From an uncultured archaeon (lineage in GTDB: Archaea; Thermoproteota; Bathyarchaeia; Bathyarchaeales; Bathycorpusculaceae), in NCBI GenBank assembly GCA_963782915.1, contig CAWALK010000025.1:75704-139703 (forward strand): a stretch of 64,000 nucleotides of DNA, read 5' to 3'. The notes beneath the pieces are model-generated. The model was not told the DNA's origin. It searched no databases and worked only from the letters and a program-made list of their open reading frames with translations. Every line of letters begins with the position of its first letter. Positions within the stretch are counted from its first letter, which is position 1. The position numbers were made by a program, and so were the translations under genes. Below, piece after piece: positions 1 through 9,830 of this stretch.

Positions 1-8
1 ATTAGAGA

Positions 9-365
9 TTAATATCGTGTTTGGTGGCGTTCTCTTTCAGTTTCAGGGATAAATGTTTCTGGTCTATTAGTTTCTGTTCTGGGTTCCTCGGGCGATCTTA
101 TTTCTGGTCTAATTGCTTCTCGTCTATAGTTTCCTTCGGCTCTTTGTATGTCTTCATCTAGCCTTCTTAGCTCTAAATCTACTTGTTCGTTTACTTGTTC
201 AGTAGTCCATCGGTCCTCTACTCTATCTTCAACGCGTTCAGCTACTTCTACGGCTACTCGTTCTGGGAGACCTGCCGCTTTTAATGTGTCTTCGATGTCT
301 TTGCTATCAAACTTTATTTCCTCGCCTGAGCGGGTAATTATTTTTGGTGAACCTATCTTTACCAA
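9..365 (-). CDS. Stand-alone ATP-cone domain protein
   Basis: N-terminus KIITRSGEEIKFDSKDIEDTLKAAG...AVEVAERVE matches the ATP-cone pattern; SD GGAGGTGA upstream. Confidence 0.7.
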   Translation of the reverse strand: MVKIGSPKIITRSGEEIKFDSKDIEDTLKAAGLPERVAVEVAERVEDRVEDRWTTEQVNEQVDLELRRLDEDIQRAEGNYRREAIRPEIRSPEEPRTETNRPETFIPETERERHQTRY

Positions 366-400
366 AAAATCACCTCCTTACCTGTCTATAAATTGCTGCT

Positions 401-523
401 CTACCAATGCCAGCCGTGTTTCTCTTCTTTCTTACTTTTAGCAAAAAGGCTTAATCCGATTGCAGCCGCAGCGGCTCCAATGCTTGCGATGGCTATATAC
501 TTCTTATAGTGATGCAAAATCAT
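401..523 (-). CDS. Small single-TM protein (40 aa, not in ORF track)
   Basis: Manual translation MILHHYKKYIAIASIGAAAAAIGLSLFAKSKKEEKHGWHW; AGGAG SD just before ATG. Confidence 0.5.
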   Translation of the reverse strand: MILHHYKKYIAIASIGAAAAAIGLSLFAKSKKEEKHGWHW

Positions 524-925
524 TTCTCCTAAGGTAGCCATGGAAAAAAAATTAATAAAGTTGTGTTGTTACCAGATTGAAATACAAAAGCAGCAGACAT
601 CATTAGTTAGTGTGTGTCCCAGTTGATGTAGCGGTAAAAATTGAACCAACCGTTTGCTAAACTGATGCGGTTCAGTATTGTATAGCGGCAGTTTATTGTT
701 AAACTATTCCCGATATTCGCTGACTATCCTGAAGCGAATAAAGTTAGGTATCTATGACTTATCAAATTAGTCGTCGCCAGTTTGAGTTGCACTAAGGATT
801 AGTTGCAGCATCTATAGTGGGTGTGTTCGGTTGCTTTTCTAATGGGGAATGATGGTTTGAAACGCAACAGCGTTTTTTTGGCTACGAATAGAGGCTGGTC
901 TGAATTTAAAAATTAATAGAGAAGT

Positions 926-1049
926 AGGCTGCCAGCTTTCCCAGGTTCACGTGGCCTAAGACCACACTACAGCTGGGAACGGAACACGGTTTAACTTCTG
1001 AGTTCGGTATGGGATCAGGTGGAACCCGTGCCCTTTGACCGGCAAACCC
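926..1049 (-). rRNA. rrf: 5S rRNA (unlinked from 16S/23S)
   Basis: Reverse complement contains CCTGATCCCATACCGAACTCAGAAGTTAAACC and pairing termini GGTTTGCCGG/CTGGCAGCC; TATA-like CTTATAAG about 24 nt upstream. Confidence 0.95.
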
Positions 1050-1122
1050 ACCTCTACGTATCATCTTCTCCTTATAAGTGTTGTTTTTTTGTTTATACTT
1101 TCCCAATTGATCTCTTGTTTGC

Positions 1123-1340
1123 CAAAATTGCTTATAGGCGGCGGCTGGGGCTGGTTGCTGTTGACTGGCCGACTATTCCTGTATGGTTCAGGCTAGCGCC
1201 CGACTGTATTGTGCTGTTCAATGCTGCTCGTTGTTTGCAGTCAGTCTTTATATAAGGGAGGGGGAGGGTCTTCTGAGGTAGGTAGGTCTAGTCTTTTTGT
1301 GCTTTTAATAGGGGTAGGGGGTCGTTGGCAAAGCAGCAAA
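1123..1340. repeat. Composite dispersed intergenic repeat (module X 1123-1230 plus CCCCTCCCTTATATAAAG modules on minus strand 1243-1340)
   Basis: Aligns by eye with 35147-35250, and as reverse complement with 5160-5256 and 52460-52557. Confidence 0.8.
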
Positions 1341-1461
1341 CCCTCCAACACCAAAACATGCCCTTCCCTGTTGCATTTCAAACCCTTCAACGTATATACC
1401 TGCATGTTAGCAACAAATAAAAGCGCATGATGCTGTATCGGCTACTAAGAGGATATTAACT

Positions 1462-2112
1462 ATGTCTGAACGATTTGCTAAGAAATGGGAAGCTAAAAAA
1501 GAAGGAGAGTCACTTTCAACATCAATCAAAAACAGCGTTAAAGCTCCTCCACCGCTAAAACCTGCCTTGGATGCAGCTACTCGCAAACTTGATATGCAAA
1601 TCAGCAAACTCGATCAAGCTAATGAGCGTTTTACACAAAAAGACAAAGCCCTATTCGCCAAACTCGTTGACTCATATACCAAGCATGACCAAGCACACGC
1701 AAACATTTACGCAACAGAATTAGCTGAACTGCGTAAAATGAGCAAACTCATCATGAACGCACGGCTCGCACTCGACCAAGTCGCACTCAGAATAAGAACC
1801 GTATCAGAATTAGGCGACGTTGTCTCAGCATTAGGTCCATGCATCGGCGTACTGCGCAGCGTATCCAGCGGACTAGGCGGCGTACTCCCAGAAGCAGAAG
1901 GCGAACTCGGCGACATCGGCAACATGCTAAGCGGCTTAATGTTCGAAGCAGGCAGCTCAAGCGGTATGTCACTAAACTTCGACAACGTAAACGAAGACGC
2001 ATCAAAAATCTTAGCCGAAGCAGCCACCGTTGCAGAACAGAAAGTCAGCGCCAACTTCCCAGACCTTCCACCCGGAATGCCTGGAACAGCAAAAGCTAAA
2101 AGCCAACAATAG
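1462..2112 (+). CDS. cdvB: CdvB / ESCRT-III (Snf7 family) protein
   Basis: Snf7 helical core (AHANIYATELAELRKM...LDQVALRIRTVSELGDVVSAL) and C-terminal FPDLP MIM2-like motif; resembles thaumarchaeal CdvB paralogs. Confidence 0.85.
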   Translation: MSERFAKKWEAKKEGESLSTSIKNSVKAPPPLKPALDAATRKLDMQISKLDQANERFTQKDKALFAKLVDSYTKHDQAHANIYATELAELRKMSKLIMNARLALDQVALRIRTVSELGDVVSALGPCIGVLRSVSSGLGGVLPEAEGELGDIGNMLSGLMFEAGSSSGMSLNFDNVNEDASKILAEAATVAEQKVSANFPDLPPGMPGTAKAKSQQ

Positions 2113-2201
2113 AATAAACTTCCCAACCTTTCCTTTTTTGTTTTCTTTTTTTGCAGCAACACATATATCCCTAAAACATCGCTAACAATTCTGGTGTAAA
2201 C

Positions 2202-2333
2202 TTGGATTCACCTCATCTGTGCCCAGAATGCTATGTGGAAATGAAACCAAAATGCGACAGCACTGGCCGACTGATTTATCATCAATGCCCCAAATGTGGT
2301 ATGCTAATTTTATTCACCCACTCCGGACACTAA
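2202..2333 (+). CDS. Small zinc-ribbon microprotein (43 aa, not in ORF track)
   Basis: TTG start, MDSPHLCPECYVEMKPKCDSTGRLIYHQCPKCGMLILFTHSGH with CPxC...CPxCG; GGTG SD upstream. Confidence 0.6.
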   Translation: MDSPHLCPECYVEMKPKCDSTGRLIYHQCPKCGMLILFTHSGH

Positions 2334-2363
2334 AACCTGTTTTGCTATGGTTGTATCCTGCCG

Positions 2364-2376
2364 GAACAGGCTGTTC
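2364..2376. promoter_or_regulatory. Palindromic operator GAACAG-G-CTGTTC (variant at 2886-2898)
   Basis: Perfect palindrome upstream of the HTH gene; GTACAGCATGTTC upstream of the next gene. Confidence 0.45.
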
Positions 2377-2432
2377 TAAAGCTTGGACTTATATGTAGCT
2401 GCCCATGATACTTCGGGGAGGGCATCAACCGG

Positions 2433-2879
2433 TTGAACACCAACAGCGAAACGGAGTTAGAATACGCTCTACGCGGCAAAGCTTGGAAAGTATATTGGTT
2501 TCTGCTAAAAAACGGTGCCCCAGCAGGCGTGCGCGAAGTTCAACGTGCCCTACATTTCAGTAGCCCAAGCATCGCCTTTCACCACCTCGAACAACTCAGG
2601 GAGTTGGGGTTGGTTGAGAAGCAAGAAGTCGGCGGACATTACGTTTTGGTTGGCCAAGTTAAAATCGGTGTACTCAAACATTACGTGAAACTTGGCAAAC
2701 TACTCTTTCCGCGTTACTTCTTCTATGCGCTGTTCTCAACGCTATTCTACGGTTTGTATTTGGCGTTGATGGTTCACAGTTTCACCCGCGACAACCTCTT
2801 CATCATCACTTTTGGCGCGATTGTCTGCGGAATCTTTTGGTATGAAGCTTACCGCATTTGGGGTATGAGGCCATTCTAA
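2433..2879 (+). CDS. Membrane-anchored winged-HTH transcriptional regulator
   Basis: GVREVQRALHFSSPSIAFHHLEQLRELGLV HTH followed by two TM helices. Confidence 0.8.
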   Translation: MNTNSETELEYALRGKAWKVYWFLLKNGAPAGVREVQRALHFSSPSIAFHHLEQLRELGLVEKQEVGGHYVLVGQVKIGVLKHYVKLGKLLFPRYFFYALFSTLFYGLYLALMVHSFTRDNLFIITFGAIVCGIFWYEAYRIWGMRPF

Positions 2880-2954
2880 TTAGTAGTACAGCATGTTCGT
2901 GGGCTTAGCATCAAATAAAAACATGCCTAATGATGAAAGTGGAGAAAAAGGTAT

Positions 2955-4945
2955 ATGGTTCAAAAAGAAGTCAAAAAGAAAACTGGCATTTACGCATTAG
3001 TAGCTGTGCTTTCGGCTGTTGTTTTAGTTTCTATGGTTTATTCATTGGGTTCTTACCCGGCGCTTTCGCCCGTCGCTCAATTGCCTGCGGTTTCGGGCAT
3101 GAAAACTTTTTCGTCAGTGGATGAAATAAAAAATTATTTGAATTCAAACTCGCTTAATTCGCCTTTAGTATCTTCACCTAACGAATATTGGGCGCGACCC
3201 GATGCGGCATTTACTTCGGGCTCAACCGATAAGGGTACCTACGGAGTAACTACTGATTACTCAACCACAAACATACAGGTTGCAGGAGTAGATGAGGCAG
3301 ACACCGTAAAAACAGACGGCCAATACATCTACACCCTATCCAGCAAACAATCTATCAGTCCATACTACTCATACGATTCCTTTTCTCAGGCAAGCAACAA
3401 CATCTACATAGTAAGCGCTAACCCACAAAACCCCTGATGTTATATCCAAAATTGTCTTAGACAAACAATCTACTCCAATGGGGATTGTTTCTAAGCTCCG
3501 ATAGCAAAAAACTGGTTGTATTCGAAAGCAAATACCAAAGTTCCCCCTATGGTTCAAGAGAAATAACGATTATGCCCTACTACAGCAGCCAATTCACCGC
3601 CATCTACGTCTATGATATCTCAAACAAAGCATACCCCACTTTAGCTCGCAACTTAACTGTGACTGGAAACTATTTCAATTCACGTATGATCGGCAACTAT
3701 GTTTACGCGGTAACAAGCCAAAGCGCCTACATCTATGACGATGTTGTGCCGGTTCCAGCCCTCTACAACGGCGGTACCGTTTCTGCCTCTTCCCCTTCAA
3801 GTATCTACTACGCAGACATGAACCAATCCAGTAGTTACTCCTTCACAAGCTTCTACGGATTAGACCTATCAAACGATTTGGAGCAACCCGCCAAAATGAC
3901 CGTGCTCATGAGCGGCGCCAGTACAATGTATGTTTCCCCAGATAACATCTATGTCGCTTACCCCAACTGGGTAAACGGCTCCGGCGTAACCGCCATTTAC
4001 AGAGTAAAAATCGACGGTTTACAGTTAACCCTTCAAGCACAAGGCAATGTTCCCGGCTACACGATTAATCAGTATGCCATTGACGAATACAGCGGTAACC
4101 TGCGAATAGCCACTAATCTCTGGCAGTACACTGCTCAAAGCGATGTTTTCGGTGGACAGCAGGGTGCACAAATCAACAACGTCTATGTCCTCGACCAGAA
4201 TCTCACCATTATCGGTAGACTTGAGGGTTTAGCAGTCGGCGAAAACCTCCATTCCGTTCGATTCATGGGTGAACGGGGCTATTTGGTCACGTTTAAAACG
4301 ACTGATCCTCTCTTTGTCATCGACTTAAGTCAACCCAGTAACCCAACGGTGCTAGGCGAACTCGTAATCCCAGGCTACTCGGATTATCTGCACCCATATG
4401 ACGCGACACATTTGATCGGTGTGGGAAAAGAAGCTGTTGACTCAGGCCATGACTTCGCTTATTACCAAGGCGTCAAGTTAGCGCTCTTTGACGTTAGCAA
4501 CGTAAACAATCCAATTCAGGTAGCGAACTATGTCATCGGCGACAGAGGCACCGACTCAGCGGTTCTAAATGACCCCAAAGCTTTCCTCTTCGACAAAACC
4601 AAAGACCTGCTTGTAATGCCCATTAGTTTGGCGTTGGTAAGTGAAGAAAATCGGCAGCAACAAGGCAGCGCTGCTTATGGCCAAACCGTTTGGCAAGGCG
4701 CATACGTCTTTAGCGTTTCAGCAAACGGCAACTTTACACTAAAAGGCACCGTAACACACCTAGACGCTTCATTGCTAAACAGCACAGGATACCTAAACGA
4801 CAGCAACAACTACTACACAACCCAAAACCAGTGGATAACACGCTCACTCTACATCGACAACACACTCTACACCATCTCAAACTCCGAAGTCAAACTCAAC
4901 AGCCTAACCAACCTCTCAGAAATCGCCACAGTGCACCTATCATAA
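2955..4945 (+). CDS. Secreted beta-propeller domain protein (Beta_propel family), frameshifted near 3435
   Basis: YSTTNIQVAGVDEADTVKTDG, GENLHSVRFMG, LVTFKTTDPLFVIDL and PGYSDYLHP motifs across two frames. Confidence 0.85.
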
Positions 4946-4988
4946 AACATCTTAATTCTTCCTTTTTTTCTTGTCAGAGCTCAACTGC

Positions 4989-5256
4989 ATTTTTTTCTCT
5001 ATCCCCCTTATTTATAGGCTCAACAAGTGTAGGCTCAAAGTCAAATGGGCAATGCATCCATTAGGGAAAGTATTGCGTTCAGCAGGCGTTTGTTGGTTAA
5101 CCACTGATTATTTGATGCATTTGCAATTTAAGCCTGCTCAGCTTGCGGTGCCCGAGCTTTTGTTGCTCTGCCAAGACCGCCCTATCCCCTACAAAAAGCA
5201 TCAAAAGAAGGGACCTACCTACCTCAGAAGACCTCCCCCTCCCTTATATAAAGACT
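4989..5256 (+). repeat. Dispersed ~270-bp intergenic repeat, long copy
   Basis: Highly similar over its full length to 52290-52557. Confidence 0.9.
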
Positions 5257-5359
5257 CAATATCTGTTGGCTAAGCTGATGCCTGCATGCACATGCGTTAA
5301 GATGTTCCATATTCTGTTGGGCGACTGTGGGGTTAGGCTGGTTTTCTGTGAGCGTTTGC

Positions 5360-5478
5360 CGCAGTCCTGCAAGCGCAAAGGGCAAACAGTCGCCGATAAA
5401 GCATCCACCGCAAGTCGCAGGGTAGCCCGATTAGCCGAATGCCACAAATACAGAAGGCGGGTTACAACCAATACACCA
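5360..5478 (+). ncRNA. rnpB: 3' portion of archaeal RNase P RNA (partial/degenerate; 5' half not found)
   Basis: GCAAAGGGCAAA...GGGTAGCCC (P15-like pairing), TAGCCGAATG and ACAGAAGGCGGGTTAC (conserved 3' P4 strand); no GAGGAA.. 5' signature seen upstream. Confidence 0.65.
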
Positions 5479-5635
5479 CCCAATTAACTGCCGCAGAAAC
5501 AATTAATTTCCGCTTCGCTCCTTTATAGCGAGTAGCTCTGCTTCTGCGCTTTCTTTGGGAAAAAAAGTTGCAAAATCTTCTATGCCTTCCGCTGATCAAA
5601 TATTGATCTATTTTTTACGAAAAGAACTGCGTTTT

Positions 5636-5908
5636 CTAAAGCATATTTACTGCTTCTTGTCGGGGTATCGCTACAAGTGTTTCGGTTGTTACCCATTTGG
5701 AAATGCCCATTGCAGTTTTTAGAGCTTCCTTTTCGTTTGCTGCCTCAAAAATAAATACAACATCATATTGTCCCAGTGTCCAATACCAATTTAGCACTTT
5801 TATTCCCTTTTTCTTGTACTCCTCAATTAGTTGTGTGGCGTCTCCTGCTGTTTCTTTTGTGGGGGTTATTATGAATTTGTTTAGGCTTACAAAAATCAAA
5901 TCATTCAC
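5636..5908 (-). CDS. GYD domain protein
   Basis: YWTLGQYDVVFIFEA and terminal TETLVAIP motifs. Confidence 0.8.
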   Translation of the reverse strand: MNDLIFVSLNKFIITPTKETAGDATQLIEEYKKKGIKVLNWYWTLGQYDVVFIFEAANEKEALKTAMGISKWVTTETLVAIPRQEAVNML

Positions 5909-6199
5909 CTCCGGCCCATAGAAAACTCCAAGAAAAATTCATTTGAATCTAATTAAATAACGTTATTTCAAGCCTTTCTTTGAATCTGCCTGAACCAATC
6001 AGGCTCAATCCTCAAATTCAACCCCCAGTTTCTTCCATGTATAGAGCTAAACCTCTAAGGTGGGTTACAACCAATACCCGACCCAATTAGTTAACCTCCA
6101 TGCAAGTAGGAATCCGTTTTTCGTTGACAGGCAATTATAAAACACGAAATAAAAGAAAGAGAGATTTCGTTGACGATTTACCGCATAAAACTTGCGTTA

Positions 6200-6835
6200 T
6201 ACCATCGGTTAAACGCATGGGCTAATTTTTTAGCCACTGCTCTCAACACCAGTCTCAATCGTCTCGGTCTCTTCGGGTGAAGCTGTACGCATTTGTTTTT
6301 TGCTTTTTATCTTTTGCTCCTTTGCCCTTTACTTCTTCTTCTGTTAATGTGGTTTCTATCGGTACTTTTTCCTTCGAAGCCCCGACATAATGCATCTGCT
6401 ACTTCTAGGAGTTTTAGTATGGCTTGCTCGGAAAACATTCCACTAGTCCTGATAATCCTGCAATTACAACCACATTTAATGCCATAACTGCTGCGCCAAT
6501 CGTTAATAACCCTCCTCGAATTAAAAGATAGAAAATAAAGGCTACCCCCGCTCCGAGAAGTGGTCGAACAGCATACCATGATCTGTACCGCACATAATCA
6601 AAATCGTTCTCTCTACCTAAATGGTGAGACGCTGCCCAGAGGAAAAAAGGCATGCACTCTATGGCGCCTGAAACCATCATAACAACAACAAGCAGAGTTT
6701 CATGCGACCCACAAACGATAGAACCGAACGTGTGAAAAGGAAATTATCCGATTGTAGTGTTAATATCGTTAATTTGATTAAAAGCAGGTAAGTTGTATGA
6801 TTGAATGTGCTTGTAGCATTGAGATCCGGAATCTT
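6200..6835 (-). pseudogene. Fragmented membrane protein
   Basis: Overlapping hydrophobic fragments (WYAVRPLLGAGVAFIFYLLIRGGLL; GMFSEQAILKLLEVADAL) in different frames; ends approximate. Confidence 0.5.
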
Positions 6836-7113
6836 CTGTGGCAGCAGGCCAAGCACCTATCATACAAATATGCCGGATAACGAGAAGTATTACGAGTTGA
6901 ATATATTATCAGATAGACGTGCTCCCTTTCGGTCAGAATCATCTGTTTGATGTACCATAAATTTAACCTATAATTCAATTAACAGGTCTAAGTATTTAAG
7001 ACTTAATAAAATGACCATATATAGCTTGCAATAATGAACATATGGCGATGGATTGGTTATAGAAAATTACTGATCCTTAAGGCGGGTTACAACCAATACA
7101 CCACACCACTTCT

Positions 7114-7959
7114 TTACCTTTTTAGCGTATCTTCCAGAAAGCAAGGGCTCTGTTCTTGCAATACGATATTAGTTCTAAGATAATTTGAATAATTGAGAAT
7201 AGTAAAAGAGGCGTAACTGGCAACTAACTGGCTTTGCAATTTTTCGTCTGCTAAGGTCCTATAGCCCTTATTTATAGTACTGAAGTTAGGATGATGACCA
7301 AAGCTAAGATAAAGAGCGCTAAAGCAGCGTAGTATAGGCCATATTTTAGTTTCTTTGCGAAGGACGGGGCTCTCCTCAACCCATAAACCGATGCTGAACA
7401 TTAGGATTACGGCTATTATCCATGACAAGTAGAGTGCTGTTTGGATGTAGAGCCCAAACAATCCTAGGATTATCGGCACCAATATTACAAATGCTGCCCC
7501 ACCATTCAAACCCATATCAGCCAAAATTATCGTGGCGCTTTCTTTGTAGGGTGGATGTTTCTCTTGCTCACTTTGGGCAAGGTTAGCGACCACATTATCA
7601 ATGATTTTCTTCTTGTCCTCATCATTTACTACATTGAAGACTGAATCCTCAAGGTCTTCCTCCACCATGCCACGGCTTAGTCTTCGCTTTTCCTCTGACT
7701 TCGCATAATCGATCATAGCGTTCTTCCTCTTGGCAGTGTGGTAGTTTTCGAATACGTAAAAGATTCCATCAGCAAAACCCCAAATGAGGCAATAGCCCAT
7801 AGAAGAAGCGATTACGTAGATGACTGCGATGTCAGTTATAATTGGGCTTCCCCATATTACGGGGTTTCTAAGAGTAGCGGTCAGGGCTAATGTCATTATG
7901 ACTCCAAAGATGGGTTCAGACGAGAACCAGAACCGTCCGAAATAATCCGATAGCCCCAA
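7114..7959 (-). CDS. VIT1/CCC1-like multi-pass membrane protein (C-terminus probably frameshifted)
   Basis: SEPIFGVIMTL...LIWGFADGIFYV pattern and several TM segments. Confidence 0.6.
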   Translation of the reverse strand: MGLSDYFGRFWFSSEPIFGVIMTLALTATLRNPVIWGSPIITDIAVIYVIASSMGYCLIWGFADGIFYVFENYHTAKRKNAMIDYAKSEEKRRLSRGMVEEDLEDSVFNVVNDEDKKKIIDNVVANLAQSEQEKHPPYKESATIILADMGLNGGAAFVILVPIILGLFGLYIQTALYLSWIIAVILMFSIGLWVEESPVLRKETKIWPILRCFSALYLSFGHHPNFSTINKGYRTLADEKLQSQLVASYASFTILNYSNYLRTNIVLQEQSPCFLEDTLKR

Positions 7960-8253
7960 AAACAGTTCCTCATGATGTTAAGCAAAATAGGGCACTTAAC
8001 AATTTGTGGCTTCATAACAATGCCAACAGACATCTAAAGGCTTATAACTAGAGCGTAACGAAGGATGATCAGTGTTTAAAATTGAGTGAAGATAATAAGA
8101 AATTACTAAGCCCAAAGGCGGATTACAACCAGCAAACCTGTCGGTCATCTGGACAGAACCTGCCGCCAATAGTAACCTGAAAAACTCATAATTCAGACTA
8201 CTTTTTAGAAAGACTTGAGTACCCAAAAGTGCACTGTTTGAGTAGTGACCTTT

Positions 8254-8835
8254 ATGGCAGACAAAATTTCTTTGGGCGCTAATTCTTTTGCCCCAGTAAC
8301 CCCCGTTTGGGTAGTCGGCACATATGACCATGCTGGAAAACCGAATGCTATGACGGCTGCATGGGCAGGGGTTTGCTGCTCTAAACCTCCATGCGTTTAT
8401 GTTTCACTAAGAAAAGCTACCTACACATACGGCAACCTCATGGAGCGTAAGGCGTTTACTGTTAGTTTTCCCTCGGAGGCTTATGTTAAAGAAGCTGACT
8501 ATTTTGGGATGGCTTCGGGGAGAGATTCTGACAAGTTCGCAGTTACTAAGCTTACGCCTGTGAAAAGTGATCTTGTGGATGCACCGTACGTGGGGGAATT
8601 TCCAGTAATCTTGGAGTGCAAGGTAATCAATATAGTTGAAATCGGGTTGCATACGATGTTTATCGGCGAAGTCCTCGATGTTAAAGCCGACAAGAGCGTG
8701 CTAGGTGAGAATGGGATGCCTGATGTTGAGAAAGTGAAGCCGCTGATCTGGAGTATGGCAAACATGTCCTATCGCAAGGTCGGAGGGCACGTGGGGAAAT
8801 CGTTCTCGGTTGGCAAGGATGTAAGCAAATCTTAG
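8254..8835 (+). CDS. Flavin reductase family protein (flavoredoxin-like)
   Basis: PNAMTAAWAG, ADYFGMASGRDSDKF, ECKV...GLHTMFIGEV. Confidence 0.9.
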   Translation: MADKISLGANSFAPVTPVWVVGTYDHAGKPNAMTAAWAGVCCSKPPCVYVSLRKATYTYGNLMERKAFTVSFPSEAYVKEADYFGMASGRDSDKFAVTKLTPVKSDLVDAPYVGEFPVILECKVINIVEIGLHTMFIGEVLDVKADKSVLGENGMPDVEKVKPLIWSMANMSYRKVGGHVGKSFSVGKDVSKS

Positions 8836-8883
8836 TTATCAAATAGTTCACCTTGCAAAAGCTACTGCTTCATTCCTAATTTT

Positions 8884-8929
8884 GACCCCTAAACTCCTCT
8901 TCCCTATCTTAAGGCATATAAGGAGACTT
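8884..8929 (+). repeat. Repeat family B (GACCCCTAAA...TTCCCTA...GACTT), copy 1
   Basis: Aligns with 32499-32542(-), 44054-44098 and 45779-45823. Confidence 0.8.
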
Positions 8930-9030
8930 GACAGCAAAAATTCAGCAAGCCAGCATACGGTTGATAAGCGTACAAGATACGGATAATGTATTTATTAATC
9001 GTGAAACAGATTGATACTTAGGTGTTTTAA

Positions 9031-9318
9031 GTGATAAGTTTTGAAAATTTAATTGGTTATAAAGTGTTAACTTCTGAAGCTTTTTCTTTGGGCGTTGTTA
9101 AAGGAGCGTTAGTTGACACTGAGAAATGGACCATAACATATTTGCATGTAAAAATAAACGATGAAGCAGCAACAAGGCTTGGATTCAAGAAGCGGTTTAG
9201 AAGTTCTACCATATGCCTGCCCGTCAGTATGGTTAAGGCTATTGGAGATTACGTTACAATTGGCAGATCCTTAGACGAGTTAAGCGAATCTCAAGAGATT
9301 ACTGAGTGCAACGAATAA
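9031..9318 (+). CDS. PRC-barrel domain protein
   Basis: LIGYKVLTSEAFSLGVV...VDTEKWTITYL; paralog of 55727-56056. Confidence 0.8.
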   Translation: MISFENLIGYKVLTSEAFSLGVVKGALVDTEKWTITYLHVKINDEAATRLGFKKRFRSSTICLPVSMVKAIGDYVTIGRSLDELSESQEITECNE

Positions 9319-9380
9319 GCAGGCAAAAGTGCTATAGTTCTCGAGAATATGGGTAAAGAGACGTTAAAAAAAGGGTTTAG

Positions 9381-9545
9381 TTAGAGTTTTCTTTTGGCTT
9401 TGCCGACGTCTTCTTGGATTTTTCCTTGTACTTTTTCTGCTTCGCCCTTGATTATTTGACCAGTGTTGCCAGTAGCTTTGCCCGTGCCTACGCGGATTTT
9501 GCCTTCTTCCTGTTTGAGTTTACCTTTAACTTCGTCTTTGCTCAT
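9381..9545 (-). CDS. CsbD-like general stress protein (54 aa, not in ORF track)
   Basis: MSKDEVKGKLKQEEGKIRVGTGKATGNTGQIIKGEAEKVQGKIQEDVGKAKRKL. Confidence 0.8.
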   Translation of the reverse strand: MSKDEVKGKLKQEEGKIRVGTGKATGNTGQIIKGEAEKVQGKIQEDVGKAKRKL

Positions 9546-9830
9546 AAAATTTCACTAACAGACTGGTGTCTCCACGATTGTATAAGCATATGTGACTGCT
9601 AACAGGCACTAACAAGCAACAAGCCATCGCAAATTCTTTTTTGTTGTTAAAGGATCTATTTAGAGATTGGGGTGAGATGGTTTCTTGAAAACCGTTTGAT
9701 TGGTCGAATGCAGTCACGAGAGCACGTTGTTTCTTGTTTTTCTTCGTCTTTCTTGCCGAATTTCGTTTTTTGTTAGTTCCCGTAAATAATATACGCATGA
9801 AATAATCTCAAACCTTCTTTACGCCAATTA

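Larger units (their letters stand above)
5454..8131 (+). repeat. Four direct repeats AAGGCGGGTTACAACCAATAC (5454, 6057, 7079, degenerate 8115) separating single genes
   Basis: Direct comparison of the four sites. Confidence 0.85.

Noticed and set aside
906-1430. ORFs overlapping the 5S rRNA and adjacent repeat
   Set aside because: They are translations of the rRNA and non-coding repeat sequence.
4971-5273. Apparent paralogous proteins at 4971-5273 and 52328-52555
   Set aside because: Similarity comes from the nucleotide repeat. Starts, stops and frames are not conserved between copies.
5454-8131. CRISPR array interpretation of the GGGTTACAACCAATAC repeats
   Set aside because: Spacing is 600-1000 bp with whole genes between copies, and no cas genes are present.
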